Positions 1-41,200 of a DNA stretch of 52,257 nucleotides are shown here, one piece after another. The notes beneath the pieces were generated by a model. That model was not told the DNA's origin, searched no databases, and saw nothing but the letters and a program-made list of their open reading frames with translations. Numbering within the stretch: the stretch's first letter is position 1; each line of letters begins with the position of its first letter. Origin of the DNA: Macrostomum lignano. Taxonomy: Eukaryota. Made by a program: the position numbers and the translations under genes. The DNA lies in NCBI GenBank assembly GCA_002269645.1, contig NIVC01004271.1:1-52257 (forward strand), given 5' to 3'.

Positions 1-362
1 CTTGTAGTAGCATTATTACTACTATCAGACAGCAGGCTTCTGGGTGCTCGCAGAATCAGACCCAGCCAAGCGACAATGATAGTCAATTAATAGCAGCGTT
101 ACAGCGGCAAGGGGCGGCCAGAAAGGCTAAACAAATCTGACGAATGAATCCGTTGATTTAGTAGGTCGCCGGTTCGAATCCTGCCGGGCTCGAATAGCAT
201 CGATGGTAGACTAGCGGTAGCCCGCTGTCAGCACCATCAGGCTTGGATTGGTGAGTAGTGTTGAGAGTAGGGACCTGCTCGAGCTGTCGGAGGTGCCGAC
301 ATTGAGGCCAGCACAGTGGATAGGATCTGCGGGTTCGATAATTTTGGCTGCTGGTTGGTTCA

Positions 363-538
363 GACTGTGAGGTGTCAGGTGGGACTGTGAGGTGTCAGGT
401 GGGACTGTGAGGTGTCAGGTGAGACTGTGAGGTGTCAGGTGAGACTGTGAGGTGTCAGGTGAGACTGTGAGGTGTCAGGTGAGATTGTGAGGTGTCAGGT
501 GGGACTGTGAGGTGTCAGGTGAGACTGTGAGGTGTCAG
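363..538. repeat. 20-bp minisatellite (GACTGTGAGGTGTCAGGTGA)
   Basis: About 9 tandem copies. Confidence 0.95.
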
Positions 539-879
539 TGAGACACTGAGGTGTCAGATGTGAGACACTGAGGTGTCAGAGGTGAGACACTGAGGTGTCA
601 GAGGTGAGACACTGAGGTGTCAGAGGTGAGACACTGAGGTGTCAGATGTGAGACACTGAGGTGTCAGATGTGAGACACTGAGGTGTCAGAGGTGAGACAC
701 TGAGGTGTCAGATGTGAGACACTGAGGTGTCAGATGTGAGACACTGAGGTGTCAGAGGTGAGACACTGAGGTGTCAGAGGTGAGACACTGAGGTGTCAGA
801 CGTGAGACACTGAGGTGTCAGAGGTGAGACACTGAGGTGTCAGATGAAGACACTGAGGTGTCAGACGTGAGACACTGAC
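539..879. repeat. 22-bp minisatellite (GAGACACTGAGGTGTCAGA(G/T)GT)
   Basis: About 15 tandem copies, contiguous with the 20-bp array. Confidence 0.95.
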
Positions 880-905
880 AAAAACCAGAAAAAGCCAAGC
901 CTCAC

Positions 906-28965
<28,060 letters not shown>

Positions 28966-28994
28966 GATATATAACTTCTATTCAGAGAAGCAAG

Positions 28995-29290
28995 CAACCT
29001 AGCTCGTGACCACAAAAGTAAAAACGACTAAAATAGTGCGACAAGAAAATAAAAACGTGACTGATTTTTTGTGTTAAATTGCCGCTAATGCATATGAAAA
29101 GAGCATTTAAAGTTTGTATTAGAAATATTTTGCACTTGTAGCCAAAACATCATATGTTATTATTGCAAATATGCTGTGAAAAAATGTAAACTAGATTTAT
29201 GTAGCGTAAATTTGTTTTTAATCGCTCTCTAGTCGAAAATTTAAACTTCTTAGTTAAAGTTAAACTTTCTTTAAAAAGTTAAACGGCTTC
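28995..29290. promoter_or_regulatory. CpG-retaining patch just upstream of the PGAP1 ATG; candidate (possibly bidirectional) promoter
   Basis: About 9 CpGs in 300 bp, versus one CpG in 26340-27739. Confidence 0.4.
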
Positions 29291-31350
29291 CTTTCTGCTC
29301 TGTTTGTTATTTATTATTAATATTAGCCTCCCCTTTAATTATTATTCAATACACCTAACTATACTGGCCAAACAGGCTTTTTGCCTGAGCCAAACTTACT
29401 ACTACTACTACCATATTTATGCTAATAATATGCGGCATATGGCCTAGTACTAGTACAGTAGGCGTAGCTAGTAGGGACTTCAGTTTTGATTTTGAAAGTT
29501 ATTTTTAGTATTTTTCTTTTTTTGATCAATCGTATTGGCCAGAGTAAAATAAAAGAACACATTGGCTTGGCTTAGGCCCTTTATTAGAAATTGGTCAAAA
29601 AAACAAAGAAGGTACAAAATAAGTTTTTGTATTTTTTAAACATTTTGTATGCATTTTGCCATGATACAAATTAGGCCCCTTTTTGTTGCCAAAAGCTTTA
29701 TTAAAATTTTGATATATAATTATTAATGTCTTTTTTATTATCTCTCTCATTATATCAAATGAGCGCATTTGATAGCAAACTGCAGCAAAGTCATTGGTAG
29801 CAAAGTCCATGGCCTAAATTTTTTTAAGATTTCTTAACTTTCAAGCTTTTTTATTGATAAAAATATAATATAGCCAGAATAACCAAAAAATTTGTTCTTT
29901 GAAACTGCCTAAAACATTAGTCTTAGGTTTATAATACTTAGTAAGACCACAATTTTTTGACCATTTTGTTATAATTAATGCCTTGGCTTTTGCCTAATTA
30001 ATTGTTTTCCTCTTATAATTGAGGTGGGGGTGGAGAAGAATTTTCTTGGAAACTCTCGGTTTCGAAATTATGCTGACACTAGTGAGGTGGGGTGGATTCC
30101 TCGTTTGAATTGCCGCCAGTGTTGTAGAAACACGAATAAAGCCAGAAAATGCACGAATTGATGCGCTGATTCTTTTCCTAGGTTACTCTGTCTGCTGGGT
30201 CCTCAATTCCAGGGTAAGGGTAGTCGTAATTGCAGTCGAGCGGTCTAGTAGCAGCCTGAGTCGTTCAGAATGGGTCCTCAGACACTGTAAACTTATGATT
30301 TGTCAAGATTGCTAGTTGTGTTACTCTAAGTAGTAAAGTAGCACTGCCACCACCTTAAATGTCATTTTACAGAACATTGAGGGTCTCAGAGCTTTCTTTG
30401 AGTTGAGACTGATTGGTTATTTTACGCCCTGCGGGCAAAGAACTTAATATAAACTAAAGGCTTCGATTAAGACTGACTAGATAAATATTAATTATTTATA
30501 AAACTTATTATTATTGCTCGTTATTTATTATTGATTAATTTTACGGTAGTCAGTGATTAAGAAATTGTTATTATTCACAAAGTTAATTGAATAAAAAGAC
30601 AAGCTAATTGACTAATAAAGAAGTTAGGTGATAGAGTAATTGTTCACACTACAATTAGACAGATGATTATGAGACAGTGCCGTGCAACTATTAGAAAACT
30701 AACAAGACAAAGTTAAGTCACGGCCTATAAGATCAAACTAAAACAACCAAGAAGAAAGAAGAAAAGGGGAGAAGGGGGTTGACAAACTAAAGCAACGCCA
30801 AAGATTAAATACCAAAAGAACGCAAAAAAACGATCAGGGGAACACCAGAAGGAACACAGGGGGGAACACCGGTAAGAAAAGTGGACAAACCTGGGTGGAA
30901 AACGGCAAAACAAAGCAGGACCAAGGGAAGGGGCAACCGATGGACCAGAGGTAGGAACAACGGGGGGAAGAAGACAGTTCAAGTGGGGGAGCCAAAATGA
31001 TGTCAAAGAATTGTCCGCCGGGTAGAGGCGTTCCGCGCATCGCCAACTGTTGCCGAAGCCCCAGTGGTAGACCGGCCTACCACATAATAAATATTAATTT
31101 AAAGCCTTAGCATAGGTTAAAGTTTGTTGAGAGAGGGTAGATTCTGAAAGATAAAAACCCAAAAGAGTAAAAGGAGTGCAGCTCTATATTTTGACAACAA
31201 TTTGCTTGGTTGCCTTTGATTTTTTCTAGTCTATTCAAGAGTGTGAGGCCAATTGTCCCTATCTATACCCCCAGGCCCCAGTTATACGCATGTCTAAGGT
31301 GGCCATATACCAAAGTAGCTATAGTATCTAGGCATTGTTCTAAATCAGCT

Positions 31351-31500
31351 TCCTATATCCTAAAAATGAGTTGTTTGTATGTATGTATGTATGTATGTAT
31401 GTATGTAGCTATGCAATAGATTTCAGAAAAAACGGCTCAACCGATTTTCTTCAAACTTGCACCATTCGATCAGAAATTTTCCTGGGACGGTACATGCATC
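31351..31500 (+). mobile_element. Non-autonomous Helitron (DINE-1/Lep1-like) 5' fragment
   Basis: TCCTATATCCTAAAAATGAG, then (GTAT)n, then AAAACGGCTCAACCGATTTTCTTCAAACTTG, the layout recalled for DINE-1/Lep1-type elements. No 3' end found. Confidence 0.5.
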
Positions 31501-31967
31501 TTGGCTAAGAAATTGCTCAATGTTAAAGGGATTAAATATTCGAAAAACATGCTTTTCTGCAAAGGTCAAGAAGCTCTTTCGACCTGAAATGCATTGTAAG
31601 AATGCTAGAGAAAAAACTGACTGACTGAATTTCAACTCCGATAAAGATTCCGAACAAGTTGAAAACAGTGCCGAAGAAATGCTCACACGACATGATTTAA
31701 ATTGCGTAACCATATTGCTAACTTGAAGTAAGACTGATACTGGCTAACTGGGAAATTGATTATGTCATAACTTTTTTCTCCAATTGACTTGCTGTAAGAA
31801 TTGAATTATAAGGGCCACAATTCATGTTCTCCAATTGAAAAGAGATAGCCCTGATGCGAACAGACTGGAATGCCAATATAGCGACCTGGGTTCAAATCTT
31901 AGTAGTGCAAAAAAGATTTTTTTATTAAAACACCTTAAAAACACAATAAAACTGCTAAACATCAAAG

Positions 31968-33070
31968 AAGCGCAATGTCAAACATAGAAGAGCCACCATG
32001 TCAAACATAAAAGACCCACCATGTCAAACATTTAAGAGCCACAATGTCAAACATAAAAGAGCCACCATTTCGAACATTAAAGAGCCACCATTTTGAACAT
32101 TGAAGAGCCACCATGTCAAACAATTAGGAGCCACCATGTCAAACATTAAAGAGCCACCATGTCAAATATAAAAGAGCCACCATTTCAAACATTAAAGAGC
32201 CACCATGTCAAACATTAAAAAGCCACCATATAAAACATAAAAGAGTTACCATATAGAACAAAAAAGATTCACCATGTCAAACATAAAGAGCCACCATGTC
32301 AAACATTTAGGAGCTACCATGTCAAACATATATGTGACTTTATGTCAAATATTAAAGAGCCACCATTTTGAACATTAAAGAGCCACTATGTTGAACATTA
32401 AAGAGCCACCATGTCTACCATAAAAGAGCTATACCATGAAGAACATTAAAGAGCCACCATGTCAAACATAAAAGAGCCACCATGTAGAATATTAAAGAGC
32501 CACCATGTCAAACATTTAAGAGCCACCATGTCAAACATTTAAGAGCCACCATGTCAAACATTTAAGAGCCACCATGTCAAACATAAAAGAGCCACAATGT
32601 TGAACATTAAAGAGCCACCATGTCAAACATTTAAGAGCCACCATGTCAAACATTTAAGAGCCACCATGTCAAACATATATATGACTTAATGTCAAACATT
32701 AAAGAGCCACCATGTCGAACATTAAAGTGCCACCATGTGTAACATAAAAGAGCTACATCATGAAGAACATTAAAGAGCCACCATGTTAAACATTAAAGAG
32801 CCACCATGTGAAACATTAAAGAGCTACCATGTCAAACATAGAAGAGCCACCATGTCAACATTAAAGAGCTACCATGCCAAACATAGAAGAGCCACAATGT
32901 TAAACATTAAAGAGCTATCATGTCAAACACAAAAGAGCCACCACGTCAAACATTAAAGAGCTATCATGTCAAACACAAAAGAGCTACTATGTCAAACATA
33001 GAAGAGCTACCATGTCAAACATTAAAGAGCCACATTTTTAAACAAAAAGAGACACCATTTCAAACATAAA
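31968..33070. repeat. 23-bp minisatellite (AAAGAGCCACCATGTCAAACATT)
   Basis: More than 40 diverged copies. Confidence 0.95.
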
Positions 33071-33134
33071 AAGAAGTGCATGCCAAACAAAATGGAACCA
33101 TTATAAAGCTAAGGAAATTGTTGCACTAGCTACT

Positions 33135-33780
33135 TGTTCTCTGGTGGATGCTTGCTATTTAAGGATGGATACTTGCTATCAGGGGGATGCTTGCTCTTGG
33201 GGGTGGAGAGTACTTGCTATCTGAGAGGGGGTTGCAAGATATCTATAAGGTCTATTTGTATCCAGGTTATGCTTGCTATCAGGGGTTGCTTGCTGTCTGG
33301 GGGATGCTTGCGATCTAGGGGGATGCTTGCTATCTGGGGGATGCTTGCTATCTGCGGGATGCTTGCTATCTGGGGGATGCTTGCTATCTGCGGGATGCTT
33401 ACTATCTGGGGTCTGGGAGAATGCTTGCTATCTGGGGGATGCTTGCTATCTAGGGGATGCTTGCGATCTGGGGGATGCTTGCTATCTAGGGGATGCTTGC
33501 TATCTGGGAGGGGATGCTTGCTATCTGGGGGATGCTTGTTATCTGGGGGATGCTTGCTATCTGGGGGACACTTACTATCTGGGGTCTGGGGGAATGCTTG
33601 TTATCTGGGATGCTTGCTATCTCGGGGATGCTTGCGATCTGGGGGATGCTTGCTATCTTGGGTTGCTTTCTATTGGGGGATGCTTGCTATCTGGGGGATG
33701 CTTGCAGTCTGGGGATGCTTGCTATTTGGGGATCAATGCTTGAATGCTGTCTGAGGATGCTTGCTGTCTTGGGATGTTTT
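33135..33780. repeat. 18-bp minisatellite (GGGGGATGCTTGCTATCT)
   Basis: About 30 copies. Confidence 0.95.
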
Positions 33781-35250
33781 GTTTTTAAGAGGGAATGTCT
33801 GTTGTTTTTTTATGAAGGCTTTATTTTGCTGTCTATTTGTTATTTGTAAAGAACAAGGATTCTATCCAGATGTCCCCTATCGGGGGGCAAAGATTGCTAG
33901 TATATAGGCCTAAAGAGAAACAAATTTTAACCTCTAAATTATTATTGGCTATTCTAGCTACTAGGATATAGAGAGAAGTTAAAGGACCAATGTGATTGTA
34001 TTGTGTGATTGATTGTGATTGTATAACTTTGACTATAGACCCAATTAATAAATACATACCTAATTATCAATAATATAGTATTTACTATTGGTTATTCAAA
34101 AGCTAGGTCTATCTAAAACTAGATAGTTTGGCAAATAAGATATGGACTTATAGAGGTTAAGATAAGAATTGATGAGAAAAAGTTTCCATTTCTATACCTC
34201 ACCTTATTCTTAGCCTTCCCTTCAAAGCAATAAGAAATAGGTTTGCCTTGTGGCCACATTGGTCTATGGCTACTTTGGTCTGTCACTCCTGGTTGTATCA
34301 CTGATTATATTGAATTTTTTATGACTTCATGGTAGAACTTACATTTTTTCATTTTTAAGATACAAAATAATCTATTTTTAAGTGTCAAGTTTTCTTTAAA
34401 GTTTTTTTATAAAAAATGTAACAGTTCTGTTATAATATTATTTGCATTGCAATGTTACATATTTATTGATTTATAAAAAAACTTTTTTTTATTAAAACTT
34501 GTTTTTTACACATATATATTACCAAGTAATAAAACCATTAGAACCTTAGAATTTTTATTAATAGGGCCTACTCAAAATTTGCTTGATTCATAATTATTTT
34601 AATATTTCTATGCCATAGCTAATGTATCTAATGTCTGCAATAAAGAGAATTAGTTTCATTTAACTATACATTTATAAACTATCCCATGGCCACCCAGTTT
34701 ACTAAAATATATATTTGTCTTTTAGATAAATTCATAAGAAACAGTTACTTTAGTTGTGTTTATTCTTCAAAATAAACAAAATATTTTACAAAAATTTTAA
34801 ACACATAATTTCAAGAGATATTGGAAGAAAAAATAATGTGTCTTATAAAGGCAGATAAGATTTTTGACATTTAATAGATGTTATAATGGTATTACTTTTT
34901 TTAAAGAAAAGCCTTGTGAAACATTCTTAAGATATATATTAGAATTATCAAATTCAACAGAGAACTGGCATTCAATAAACCCACGGGAAGACAGGATGAC
35001 ATTAAGAATATAGACTTAGATAAAGAAATGATTTATTGCATTTTTATTATTTAAAACAAGTTTTTTACAAAAAGTATCATAATGTCACAAAAAAGTGTCT
35101 TTGTAAAAAGCAAAAGGTTTAGATTTTTTTATTGATTGTATATCTTTTATTTATAAGATATAGTCATTATGTTTTATAAAGTTCTGAAGTTAATTACTTT
35201 TTTTCAGCCCTAAATCAGGTTCTTTCATTTTCTTTTTAATCTATGCAAAA

Positions 35251-38200
35251 ATGACAGGTAAGTTTTTCAATATCAAATTTTATCCATAAGCAAGATCTAA
35301 AATCAGCATTGTTTATATGTTTTAGATTCATCCATGTTTACTCAAGCTGACCATGATGCACTACTCAATCATGTCTTTCCTGAGTTGCTCAGCAATTCTA
35401 AGTGAGTTTTTTTAAAATGTATGTCTGAAAAATAATTAAAACAATATTAACTAGCACTTTCCTCAGTGCACTATTGGATTTTAAAATGAAACTATCATTC
35501 CAGGTCATCAGAATGGTCCCTGACTAATTTGAGCGAATATATAAAGCAAACTATTTCAGATTCTATTGATGAGGCAAAAATTAACTGTGAGTACTGCTTT
35601 TAGGTTTAGTCCTGTTAATTTCTTTTTCTTAGCTGTCTTTCTTGATATTCTCTATCCCTGTGTCTGCAAGATTGCAAGCAAACCCTCAAATCCTATGCTA
35701 ATAATCCCAAATCCCACAGCTAATAATCCCAAATCCCACAGCTAATAATGCCAAATCCCACAGCTAATAATCCCAAATCCCACAGCTAATAATGCCAAAT
35801 CCCACAGCTAATAATCCCAAATCGCACAGCTAATAATCCTAAATCCCACAGCTAATAATCCTAAATCCCACAGCTAATAGTCCCAAGTCCTACAGGCCAA
35901 TAATCTCAAATCCCACAGCTAATAATCCCAAATCCCGCACCTAATAATCCATATTCCCATAGATTAAAACCGTTGTAATTCTGATCTAAGATCAAATTTA
36001 CCTAAATCCTCTACATTCCAGCTGCCCTCAAAGCTTTCAATAGCGGCCGTTTAGGTCCAACAAAAGTACAATTAGACTCCGAGACCAACATCGGCGGCCA
36101 GGTGCTATTGGATCAGCGCCGCCAATTAGTTGTTGGGCACAGTTCGTTTAGCACAGCTCGAGCTAATTGTTGCGTCTATAGCGGCAAATGGTGCTACGAG
36201 ACGCGATTGTGTACAGGCGGGCTGATGCAGATTGGCTGGTGCACCTTGAAGTGTACCTTTTCCAGAGAGGTAATTGGTTCACTATTTGGGCCATAATTAT
36301 CTTTATGGCGCACATTTTTTATCATATTAGCTTCCATCAGATTCGTTCTTGTCTTCCATGAGATTCGTCTCTTAGCTTCCATCAGATTCGTCTCTTAGCT
36401 TCCATCAGATTCGTCTCTTAGCTTCCATTAGATTCGTCTTCTAGCTTCCATGAGATTCGTCTCTTAGAAGTTAGCTTCCATCAGATTCGTTTCTTAGCTT
36501 CCATGAGATTCGTCTCTTAGCTTCCATTAGATTCGTCTCTTAGCTTCCATCAGATTCGTTCTTGTCTTCCATGAGATTCGTCTCTTAGCTTCCATCAGAT
36601 TCGTCTCTTAGCTTCCATCAGATTCGTCTCTTAGCTTCCATCAGATTCGTTCTTGTCTTCCATGAGATTCGTCTCTTAGCTTCCATCAGATTCGTCTCTT
36701 AGCTTCCATCAGATTCGTCTCTTAGCTTCCATGAGATTCGTCTCTTAGCTTCCATCAGATTCGTTTCTTAGCTTCCATTAGATTCGTCTTCTAGCTTCCA
36801 TGAGATTCGTCTCTTAGAAGTTAGCTTCCATCAGATTCGTTTCTTAGCTTCCATGAGATTCGTCTCTTAGCTTCCATTAGATTCGTCTCTTAGCTTCCAT
36901 CAGATTCGTCTCTTAGCTTCCATCAGATTCGTTTCTTAGCTTCCATTAGATTCGTCTCTTAGCTTCCATCAGATTCGTCTCTTAGCTTCCATCAGATTCG
37001 TCTCTTAGCTTCCATCAGATTCGTTTCTTAGCTTCCATGAGATTCGTCTCTTAGCTTCCATTAGATTCGTCTCTTAGCTTCCATCAGATTCGTCTCTTAG
37101 CTTCCATCAGATTCGTCTCTTAGCTTCCATCAGATTCGTTTCTTAGCTTCCATGAGATTCGTCTCTTAGCTTCCATCAGATTCGTTTCGTAGCGTCCATT
37201 AGATTCGTCTCTTAGCTTCCATCAGATTCGTCTCTAAGCTTCCATCAGATTCGTTTCTTAGCTTCCATGAGATTCGTCTCTTAGCTTCCATCAGATTCGT
37301 TTCTTAGCTTCCATTAGATTCGTCTTCTAGCTTCCATGAGATTCGTCTCTTAGAAGTTAGCTTCCATCAGATTCGTTTCTAAGCTTCCATGAGATTCGTC
37401 TCTTAGCTTCCATTAGATTCGTCTCTTAGCTTCCATCAGATTCGTTCTTGTCTTCCATGAGATTCGTCTCTTAGCTTCCATCAGATTCGTCTCTTAGCTT
37501 CCATCAGATTCGTCTCTTAGCTTCCATGAGATTCGTCTCTTAGCTTCCATCAGATTCGTTTCTTAGCTTCCATTAGATTCGTCTTCTAGCTTCCATGAGA
37601 TTCGTCTCTTAGAAGTTAGCTTCCATCAGATTCGTTTCTTAGCTTCCATGAGATTCGTCTCTTAGCTTCCATTAGATTCGTCTCTTAGCTTCCATCAGAT
37701 TCGTCTCTTAGCTTCCATCAGATTCGTTTCTTAGCTTCCATTAGATTCGTCTCTTAGCTTCCATCAGATTCGTCTCTTAGCTTCCATCAGATTCGTCTTC
37801 TAGCTTCCATGAGATTCGTCTCTTAGAAGTTAGCTTCCATCAGATTCGTTTCTTAGCTTCCATGAGATTCGTCTCTTAGCTTCCATTAGATTCGTCTCTT
37901 AGCTTCCATCAGATTCGTCTCTTAGCTTCCATCAGATTCGTTTCTTAGCTTCCATTAGATTCGTCTCTTAGCTTCCATCAGATTCGTCTCTTAGCTTCCA
38001 TCAGATTCGTCTCTTAGCTTCCATCAGATTCGTTTCTTAGCTTCCATGAGATTCGTCTCTTAGCTTCCATTAGATTCGTCTCTTAGCTTCCATCAGATTC
38101 GTCTCTTAGCTTCCATGAGATTCGTCTCTTAGAAGTTAGCTTCCATCAGATTCGTTTCTTAGCTTCCATGAGATTCGTCTCTTAGCTTCCATTAGATTCG

Positions 38201-41200
38201 TCTCTTAGCTTCCATCAGATTCGTTCTTGTCTTCCATGAGATTCGTCTCTTAGCTTCCATCAGATTCGTCTCTTAGCTTCCATCAGATTCGTCTCTTAGC
38301 TTCCATGAGATTCGTCTCTTAGCTTCCATCAGATTCGTTTCTTAGCTTCCATTAGATTCGTCTTCTAGCTTCCATGAGATTCGTCTCTTAGAAGTTAGCT
38401 TCCATCAGATTCGTTTCTTAGCTTCCATGAGATTCGTCTCTTAGCTTCCATTAGATTCGTCTCTTAGCTTCCATCAGATTCGTCTCTTAGCTTCCATCAG
38501 ATTCGTTTCTTAGCTTCCATTAGATTCGTCTCTTAGCTTCCATCAGATTCGTCTCTTAGCTTCCATCAGATTCGTCTCTTAGCTTCCATCAGATTCGTTT
38601 CTTAGCTTCCATGAGATTCGTCTCTTAGCTTCCATTAGATTCGTCTCTTAGCTTCCATCAGATTCGTCTCTTAGCTTCCATCAGATTCGTCTCTTAGCTT
38701 CCATCAGATTCGTTTCTTAGCTTCCATCAGATTCGTCTCTTAGCTTCCATCAGATTCGTTTCTAGCGTTCCATGAGATTCGTCTCTTAGCTTCCATCAGA
38801 TTCGTCTCTTAGCTTCCATCAGATTCGTTTCTTAGCTTCCATGAGATTCGTCTCTTAGCTTCCATCAGATTCGTCTCTTAGCTTCCATCAGATTCGTTTC
38901 TTAGCTTAGATTCGTCTCTTAGCTTCCATCAGATTCGTCTCTTAGCTTCCATCAGATTCGTTTCTTAGCTTCCATTAGATTCGTCTCTTAGCTTCCATGA
39001 GATTCGTCTCTTAGCTTCCATCAGATTCGTCTCTTAGCTTCCATCAGATTCGTCTCTTAGCTTCCATCAGATTCGTTCTTAGCTTCCATCAGATTCGTCT
39101 CTTAGCTTCCATCAGATTCGTCTCTTAGCTTCCATGAGATTCGTCTCTTAGCTTCCATCAGATTCGTCTCTTAGCTTCCATCAGATTCGTTTCTTAGCTT
39201 CCATGAGATTCGTCTCTTAGCTTCCATCAGATTCGTTTCGTAGCGTCCATTAGATTCGTCTCTTAGCTTCCATCAGATTCGTCTCTTAGCTTCCATCAGA
39301 TTCGTTTCTTAGCTCCATGAGATTCGTCTCTTAGCTTCCATCAGATTCGTCTCTTAGCTTCCATCAGATTCGTTTCTTAGCTTCCATGAGATTCGTCTCT
39401 TAGCTTCCATCAGATTCGTCTCTTAGCTTCCATCAGATTCGTTTCTTAGCTTTCATTAGATTCGTTTCGTAGCGTCCATGAGATTCGTTTCTTATCTGAT
39501 CAGATTCGTTTTTCAGCTTCCATGAGATTAGTTTCTTATCTTCCATGAGATTTGTTTGCTACCTTGCATGAGATTCGTTTCTTATCTGATGAGATTCGTT
39601 TCTTAGCTTCCATGAGATTTGTTTGATATCTGAAGAGATTTGTTTCTTATCTACAGTAGTACAATCGGTCCTAATTTATATTTAAATCTGTCTTGCAATA
39701 GGCTTTATTATTATTGTTATTTAAGCAATACGAGCTAATTGCAATTTTACTTTTTATTTTCAGAACGGCGTCGGTGACACGCCAAATTCGTTTTCCTATG
39801 ACGGCTCCAGGGTGCGGAAATGGAACGCCAAATTTGGAACTTACGGAGAGGTTTGTACCGGTCCTAGGAGTGGGGATTAGCGAAGAGGGAGTGGGATTTT
39901 GGAAGAAACAGTGGGATTTGGGAAAAGAGACTGGGGTTTCGGGAGGAGGGAGTAGGATTTTGGACGGAGGGTCTGGGAATTTGGAGAAGAAAGAGTGAAA
40001 GACAGTGGGATTCAGGGAAAAGAGACAGTGGGATTTAAGGCAGAGGTACTGGGATTCGGAGAAGAGGGAGTAGAATATAGGGAAGATTGAGTTGGATTTG
40101 GGGAAGAGTGGGTGGGATTTGGAGGTAGAGGGAGTAGGATTCGGGGAAGATTGAGTTGGATTTGGGGAAGAGGGGGTGGGATTTAGAGGTAGAGGGAGTG
40201 GGATTCGGGGAAGAGGAACTGGGATTTGGAGGAAGAGGGACTGGGATTCGGGGAAGAGGAACTGGGATTTGGAGGAAGAGGGACTGGGATTCGGGGAATA
40301 GGGACTGTGATTTGGAGGAAGAGGGAGTGGGATTCGGGGAAGAGGGAGTGGGATTCGGGGAAGAGGGAGTGGGATTCGGGGAATAGGGACTGGGATTTGG
40401 AGGAAGAGGGAGTGGGATTCGGGGAAGAGGGAGTGGGATTCGGGGAAGAGGGAGTGGGATTCGGGGAAGATTGAGTTGGATTTGGGGAAGAGGGAGTGGG
40501 ATTTGGGAAAGAGGAAATCGGATTTGTGGAAGACAGGGAAGAGGGACTGGGATTCGGGAAGAGGGACTGGGATTTGGAGGAAGAGGGACTGGGATTCGGG
40601 AATAGGGACTGGGATTTGGAGGAAGAGGGACTGGGATTCGGGGAATAGGGACTGGGATTTGGAGGAAGAGGGAGTGGGATTTGGAGGAAGAGGGAGTGGG
40701 ATTTGGAGGAAGAGGGACTGGGATTCGGGGAAGAGGGAGTGGGATTTGGAGGAAGAGGGACTGGGATTCGGGGAAGAGGGAGTGGGATTTGGAGGAAGAG
40801 GGACTGGGATTCGGGGAAGAGGGAGTGGGATTCGGGGAAGAGGGAGTGGGATTCGGGGAAGAGGGAGTGGGATTCGGGGAAGAGGGAGTGGGATTCGGGG
40901 AAGATTGAGTTGGATTTGGGGAAGAGGGAGTGGGATTTGGGAAAGAGGAAATCGGATTTGTGGAAGACAGGGAAGAGGGACTGGGATTCGGGGAAGAGGG
41001 ACTGGGATTTGGAGGAAGAGGGACTGGGATTCGGGGAATAGGGACTGGGATTTGGAGGAAGAGGGACTGGGATTCGGGGAATAGGGACTGGGATTTGGAG
41101 GAAGAGGGAGTGGGATTTGGAGGAAGAGGGAGTGGGATTTGGAGGAAGAGGGACTGGGATTCGGGGAAGAGGGAGTGGGATTTGGAGGAAGAGGGACTGG

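Noticed and set aside
110-192. tRNA gene (GGTTCGAATCC T-arm, Ser/Arg-like 3' end)
   Set aside because: The acceptor stem pairs only about 5 of 7, the T-stem has a mismatch and there is no valid anticodon arm. At best it is a degenerate tRNA or SINE fragment, or chance within probable PGAP1 sequence.
29595-31046. ORFs at 29595-29810, 30725-31006 and 30834-31046
   Set aside because: No recognisable domain or splice support; biased composition, possibly decayed TE.
31968-33070. Array of vertebrate Kozak motifs GCCACCATG upstream of RNF123
   Set aside because: A by-product of the 23-bp unit. There is no evidence it is exonic, and GCCACC is not expected to be the preferred context in this lineage.
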